DNA of 64,000 nt from Planctomycetota bacterium. GTDB taxonomy: Bacteria > Planctomycetota > UBA1135 > UBA2386. A program made the position numbers and the translations under genes. Within the stretch, counting starts at the first letter, position 1. Every line of letters starts with the position of its first letter. The stretch is taken from positions 91,784 to 155,783 of the forward strand of contig CANMWZ010000005.1 in the NCBI GenBank assembly GCA_947501605.1. Reading direction: 5' to 3'. This document shows, piece after piece, positions 60,429 to 64,000 of the stretch. The notes beneath the pieces are model-generated. The model searched no databases and was not told the DNA's origin. It saw nothing but the letters and a program-made list of their open reading frames with translations.

Positions 60429-63275
60429 ATGATCTGGACCGCCACCGTCTTCTTCGCATCGCTGCTGACGATGCCGCAGTCTCCGCACTTGCGGTTGCCT
60501 CCGGTGCCCACACAGCAAGGCAACGCCGCAGCGGTTCAGCGCCCGTTGTCCGAGGTCGAGCGCTTCAGTCGTCAGGTGCAAAAGCTCCGCGGTGCACCGG
60601 TCGAGGTCGAGCGCACGCTGCAGGCGATCGCGCAGGAGTATCCCGATGTCGAAGCGCTGATCCTGCAGCGACTGCCGGCGGCGCTGCCGCGCGAGTTGCT
60701 CGATCTGATGGTTGCAGCGCGGCGCTTTGCGACGGCGAGGATTGCCGACGAGATCCAGTTTCAGCTACTGGCGCGTCCGGTGGGGGATGCAACCCGCGAA
60801 CTCTTGGAGACGATGTCCGTGCTCAAGGGGCGTGACAGCAACGCCGCGCTGCGCGAGTGCGTGCACGGCAGAATCGCCGGTGTGCGCCGCGTCGCCACCG
60901 AGATTCTGGCGCGCACCGCAACCGCAGCCGACCTCGACTTTGCCCTGCAGCTGGTCGATGACCAAGCGCTCGACTTGCGGTTGTCGGGGATCGACTTGCT
61001 GTCGGCGCTGCGCGAGCCGCGCGCGCAGCAGCGGCTCTGCGAGTTGCTGGCCAAGGACCCAACTGTGGCCGGCGCCGCGTGTGCGGCGCTGCTGCGCGGC
61101 ATCGAGAGAGCCCGGCCAGAACTGCAGCGTGCGCTCGGCCAGCCGCCGATCGACCGGTCGTTCCACTACGCAGCGTTCTTGCTCGCCGCCAGCGATGCCG
61201 ATGGCAAGAACCTGCCGCCCGAGTCCGCGGTGTTGCCGTTGCAGGAGGCGTTGAAGGGGCCCGACGCGTTGGCGCGTTGCCTCGCCGCCGTGGCGCTCGG
61301 CGAGATGTGCTACCACGGCAGAGCCGAGGTCGTCGACGACGCCTCCGTGGTCACGGCGCTGATCGACATCGTGGCGGCTACGAGCTTCGTGCCCAACTTC
61401 GAACTGCTGCGTCGCCCAGCGGAACAAACGCTGCAACAGCTGACGGGACGTTCTGGCACCGAGACAATTGGTTGGCGGCAGTGGTGGAGCGACTCGCACA
61501 AGACCTTTGCTGGCTTGCGGGCGCACATCGACCTCAAGCTGGAGCAAGCCGGTCTGGCGCTAGTGACCCTGCGCGACGAGCGCCGCCATGTTCGCCTCAT
61601 CGGCGAGCAGTTGGCCGATCTGCCGCCCGTGCAGGGCGCGCTCGAATACGTGCTCGATGCTGAGCAGATGCACCAACTGGTCGCGGCGCTGGAGCGGAGT
61701 GGCTTCATGCAGCCGGGCGTCGTCATTGCGCCCGCCGGCCTCGCCGTGGCGCGCACGATCGAATTGTCGATCGGTGACGCACGCACCCAAGCATCGGCGC
61801 CGCTGGCCGAGTTGCCGGTCTTCGAAGCCCTGGTCGCCATCGTCGATCGCACGGCGGGGCCAGAGTTGTGGCAGCTGCTGCGCCACCCGACCGACGAGCC
61901 CGAGCGCGGCGCGTTCTGGCGCTCCGAACGCCGCGCCCGGTTGGCTCAGACCGATCCGCTCGAGAGCGCGCGGCGTTCGCTCCGTCGCGCACTGCGCGCG
62001 TGGCCGGTCTGCACTCCGGTGCAGCGCCAGATGGTCCTGTCGTGGCTCTTGACGCTGCCCAAGCGTGGCGAATTGACTCGCGAAGAGGACGGTCGAGCGC
62101 TGCTGCAACTCGTCGAGAAGGCGCCGCAGTTCGGCGACGACGAGATCGTGCTGCTCGAGCTCGCCGCGAGTGCGCCTGGCGATGAGGTATGGCGCGAGGT
62201 GGTCGATGTCGCGTCGCGGCTGTCGTCGCGCAGCCGCGCCGCGGTCGATCGCGTGTTCGCGGTACTCGGCGCCGATCGCCTGCTGCAGGCTCTCGCCGAC
62301 GCGCGCGTCGATGTTCGCCGCGCGGCAATCGATCAAGTCGTCGCCGTCCGCGACCTCCGCGCCCAGGAGCAGTTGATCGCCCTGTTCGACGACCCGGACC
62401 CGACCGTGCGACGTGCCGCGGTGTTCGCGACCGGGCAACTGCAGTTGGCGGCAGCCCGTGCACCGCTGATGCAGCGCATTGCTGCCGAGGACACCGACCT
62501 GTTCCTGCGGCGCGACGCGCTGCTGGCGATCGGCAAGATCGGTGGTGAGGGTACCTTCCTGATGTTGCAGCGCGCGCTGGCTTCGCCGGTCCAAGCTGAC
62601 CGCGACGCGGCGTTGCGAGGTCTCGGCGAACTGCGCGACGAACGGGCCGCCGATCAACTGGCAACGATCTTCACGGTCAGCCGCGGCCAGCCGAGCGCCG
62701 AGCTGGCGCGCGTCTACCTCTCGCGCATGGGGGCCGCGCTGGCCGTGCCGGCGCTGCGCAAGCAGTTGCAGACCCAGAATCCGGATGTGCGCGCCGATGT
62801 CGTGCTGATGCTCGGTTCCTGGCAGGACCCGCAGATCGTTCCCGACCTCGTCGAGCAGTTGCAGCGCCGCCGCGAGCCGCTGTTGGTCGCTGGGATGCTG
62901 GCCGGCACGACGGGCCTCGACCTCGACACGGTCGCCGACCCGGTCTTTGCCATCGATGAGTGGTATCGAGACCATCGGCAGGAGCCGCAGTGGCGCTGGC
63001 TCTTGCAGGCCCTGCAGCGCGACACGATCAAGCACTCCCTCGAAGAGGGCCAGTTCGCAGTGTCGGCCGGGATGGTCGCGGTGCCGGAACTCGCGCGCAT
63101 CATGGTCGACGCCGAGCACGGCCGCATTCGCGTGCTGGCCTCGGCGGTGTTGCGCACGCAGGCCGGCGCCGACCACGGCACCTTGACGCCGACGACGCCG
63201 CTCGAAGTGCGCCAGGCGATCGCCGCGCGCTACCGCGAGGACTACGAGAGCGCTCGCGCGGCGCAAGGGCGCTGA
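60429..63275 (+). CDS. Exported HEAT-repeat protein
   Basis: Signal-like N-terminus. Repeats such as VRRVATEIL, DVRRAAI, DPDPTVRRAAVFATGQL, LRRDALLAIGKI, DRDAALRGLGEL and DVRADVVLMLG. Confidence 0.85.
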   Translation: MIWTATVFFASLLTMPQSPHLRLPPVPTQQGNAAAVQRPLSEVERFSRQVQKLRGAPVEVERTLQAIAQEYPDVEALILQRLPAALPRELLDLMVAARRFATARIADEIQFQLLARPVGDATRELLETMSVLKGRDSNAALRECVHGRIAGVRRVATEILARTATAADLDFALQLVDDQALDLRLSGIDLLSALREPRAQQRLCELLAKDPTVAGAACAALLRGIERARPELQRALGQPPIDRSFHYAAFLLAASDADGKNLPPESAVLPLQEALKGPDALARCLAAVALGEMCYHGRAEVVDDASVVTALIDIVAATSFVPNFELLRRPAEQTLQQLTGRSGTETIGWRQWWSDSHKTFAGLRAHIDLKLEQAGLALVTLRDERRHVRLIGEQLADLPPVQGALEYVLDAEQMHQLVAALERSGFMQPGVVIAPAGLAVARTIELSIGDARTQASAPLAELPVFEALVAIVDRTAGPELWQLLRHPTDEPERGAFWRSERRARLAQTDPLESARRSLRRALRAWPVCTPVQRQMVLSWLLTLPKRGELTREEDGRALLQLVEKAPQFGDDEIVLLELAASAPGDEVWREVVDVASRLSSRSRAAVDRVFAVLGADRLLQALADARVDVRRAAIDQVVAVRDLRAQEQLIALFDDPDPTVRRAAVFATGQLQLAAARAPLMQRIAAEDTDLFLRRDALLAIGKIGGEGTFLMLQRALASPVQADRDAALRGLGELRDERAADQLATIFTVSRGQPSAELARVYLSRMGAALAVPALRKQLQTQNPDVRADVVLMLGSWQDPQIVPDLVEQLQRRREPLLVAGMLAGTTGLDLDTVADPVFAIDEWYRDHRQEPQWRWLLQALQRDTIKHSLEEGQFAVSAGMVAVPELARIMVDAEHGRIRVLASAVLRTQAGADHGTLTPTTPLEVRQAIAARYREDYESARAAQGR

Positions 63276-63278
63276 GCC

Positions 63279-63713
63279 GTGCGTGGATCGTGGCCGTGGC
63301 TCATTCTGGGCGGAGCGCTGTTCGTGCTCGGCTTCTTTGTGCTGCGTTCGCGGTCGACCGTGCTCGCGGCCGAAGCCGAGACGCCGGCGATGCGAGCGCT
63401 TGCGCGTCACCATGGCGTCGAGGCGGCGAGCGTGCTGGCGCTGCGCGCTGCGGCGCTCGAACTCGACGATGCCGCCTTCGCCGCGCGCGTTGCGGTCTTC
63501 GCTGCCCTAGGGGCTGAACTGGGGGAGCCGCTCGCCGTCGTGGCGATGACGGACCGTCAGGCGGCCGCCGGCGTGCAGGAGTGGGTGCGAGCGGCGGGAC
63601 GGGCCGATGCTGCTTGGCAACAGCACCAGGGCGACGCTGCCGCCTACCCAGGGGTGGCGTTCCTGCAGTTGCGCGCTCGGTTTGCCGCGCGCGCCTCGGG
63701 TCGTCGCGACTGA
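63279..63713 (+). CDS. Hypothetical membrane-anchored protein
   Basis: N-terminal TM (WLILGGALFVLGFFVL). Starts 3 nt after the HEAT gene stop. Confidence 0.65.
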   Translation: MRGSWPWLILGGALFVLGFFVLRSRSTVLAAEAETPAMRALARHHGVEAASVLALRAAALELDDAAFAARVAVFAALGAELGEPLAVVAMTDRQAAAGVQEWVRAAGRADAAWQQHQGDAAAYPGVAFLQLRARFAARASGRRD

Positions 63714-63803
63714 TGCTTTTACGCCCGGGTCCGACATTGAGGAGTCTTGCGGTCTCGGTATCGTTGGCTGCCGTTTCGTTCTGCAGGACCCTAGAAATCG
63801 CCC

Positions 63804-64000
63804 ATGACTGACGTTGCTGCCATCGCCCAGAAGATCCAGATCGAAGCCAAGGTCTTCGACTCCGTGCGCACTGCCTTGCAGCAGGTGATCGTCGGTCAAG
63901 AACAGCTGATCGAGGGCCTGTTGGTCGCGCTGCTTGCCGACGGCCACGTGTTGCTCGAGGGTCTGCCGGGCCTCGCCAAGTCGCTGGCAGTGTCGTCGTT
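63804..64000 (+). CDS. MoxR family AAA+ ATPase, N-terminal part (runs off the window)
   Basis: MTDVAAIAQKIQIEAKVFDSVRTALQQVIVGQEQLIEGLLVALLADGHVLLEGLPGLAKS. Confidence 0.9.
   Translation, partial: MTDVAAIAQKIQIEAKVFDSVRTALQQVIVGQEQLIEGLLVALLADGHVLLEGLPGLAKSLAVSS

Overview
A GC-rich bacterial window of about 50 CDSs, mostly housekeeping and cell-envelope genes from a diderm, LPS-making organism. The gene mix suggests an uncultured Planctomycetota-like lineage, but that is inference only. Recognisable genes: hldE plus a second stand-alone heptose adenylyltransferase-like gene, glutamate dehydrogenase, rnpB (RNase P RNA), ruvX, manC, an AsmA-like protein, a run corC-like/recO/bamD/lptE/ftsH/cdaA(-cdaR fusion)/glmM/tsaB, an HDOD-GGDEF gene divergent from an ECF sigma factor, hutI, ftcD, an HtrA protease, AceE-type pyruvate dehydrogenase E1, der, an OprB porin, trkH, a MoxR-DUF58-VWA (Bat-like) cluster, a PhzF-family gene, a eukaryote-type UDPGP-family pyrophosphorylase, recG, nnrE and an rlmD-like gene. 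A HEAT-repeat gene and the start of a second MoxR close the window. I saw no transposase, CRISPR array, tRNA or rRNA. The most striking item is a small stand-alone gene (13866..14066) encoding a 66-aa bacterial histone-fold protein with an RxTxxxxD motif and a Lys-rich N-terminal tail, preceded by a consensus -35 promoter. Other notable items: a pseudokinase-TM-metacaspase fusion, a CdaA-CdaR fusion coupled to glmM, a nearly passenger-less PEP-CTERM-like protein, a compact structured intergenic element, and repeated signs of leaderless transcription. All product calls come from motifs read by eye; no database searches were run.
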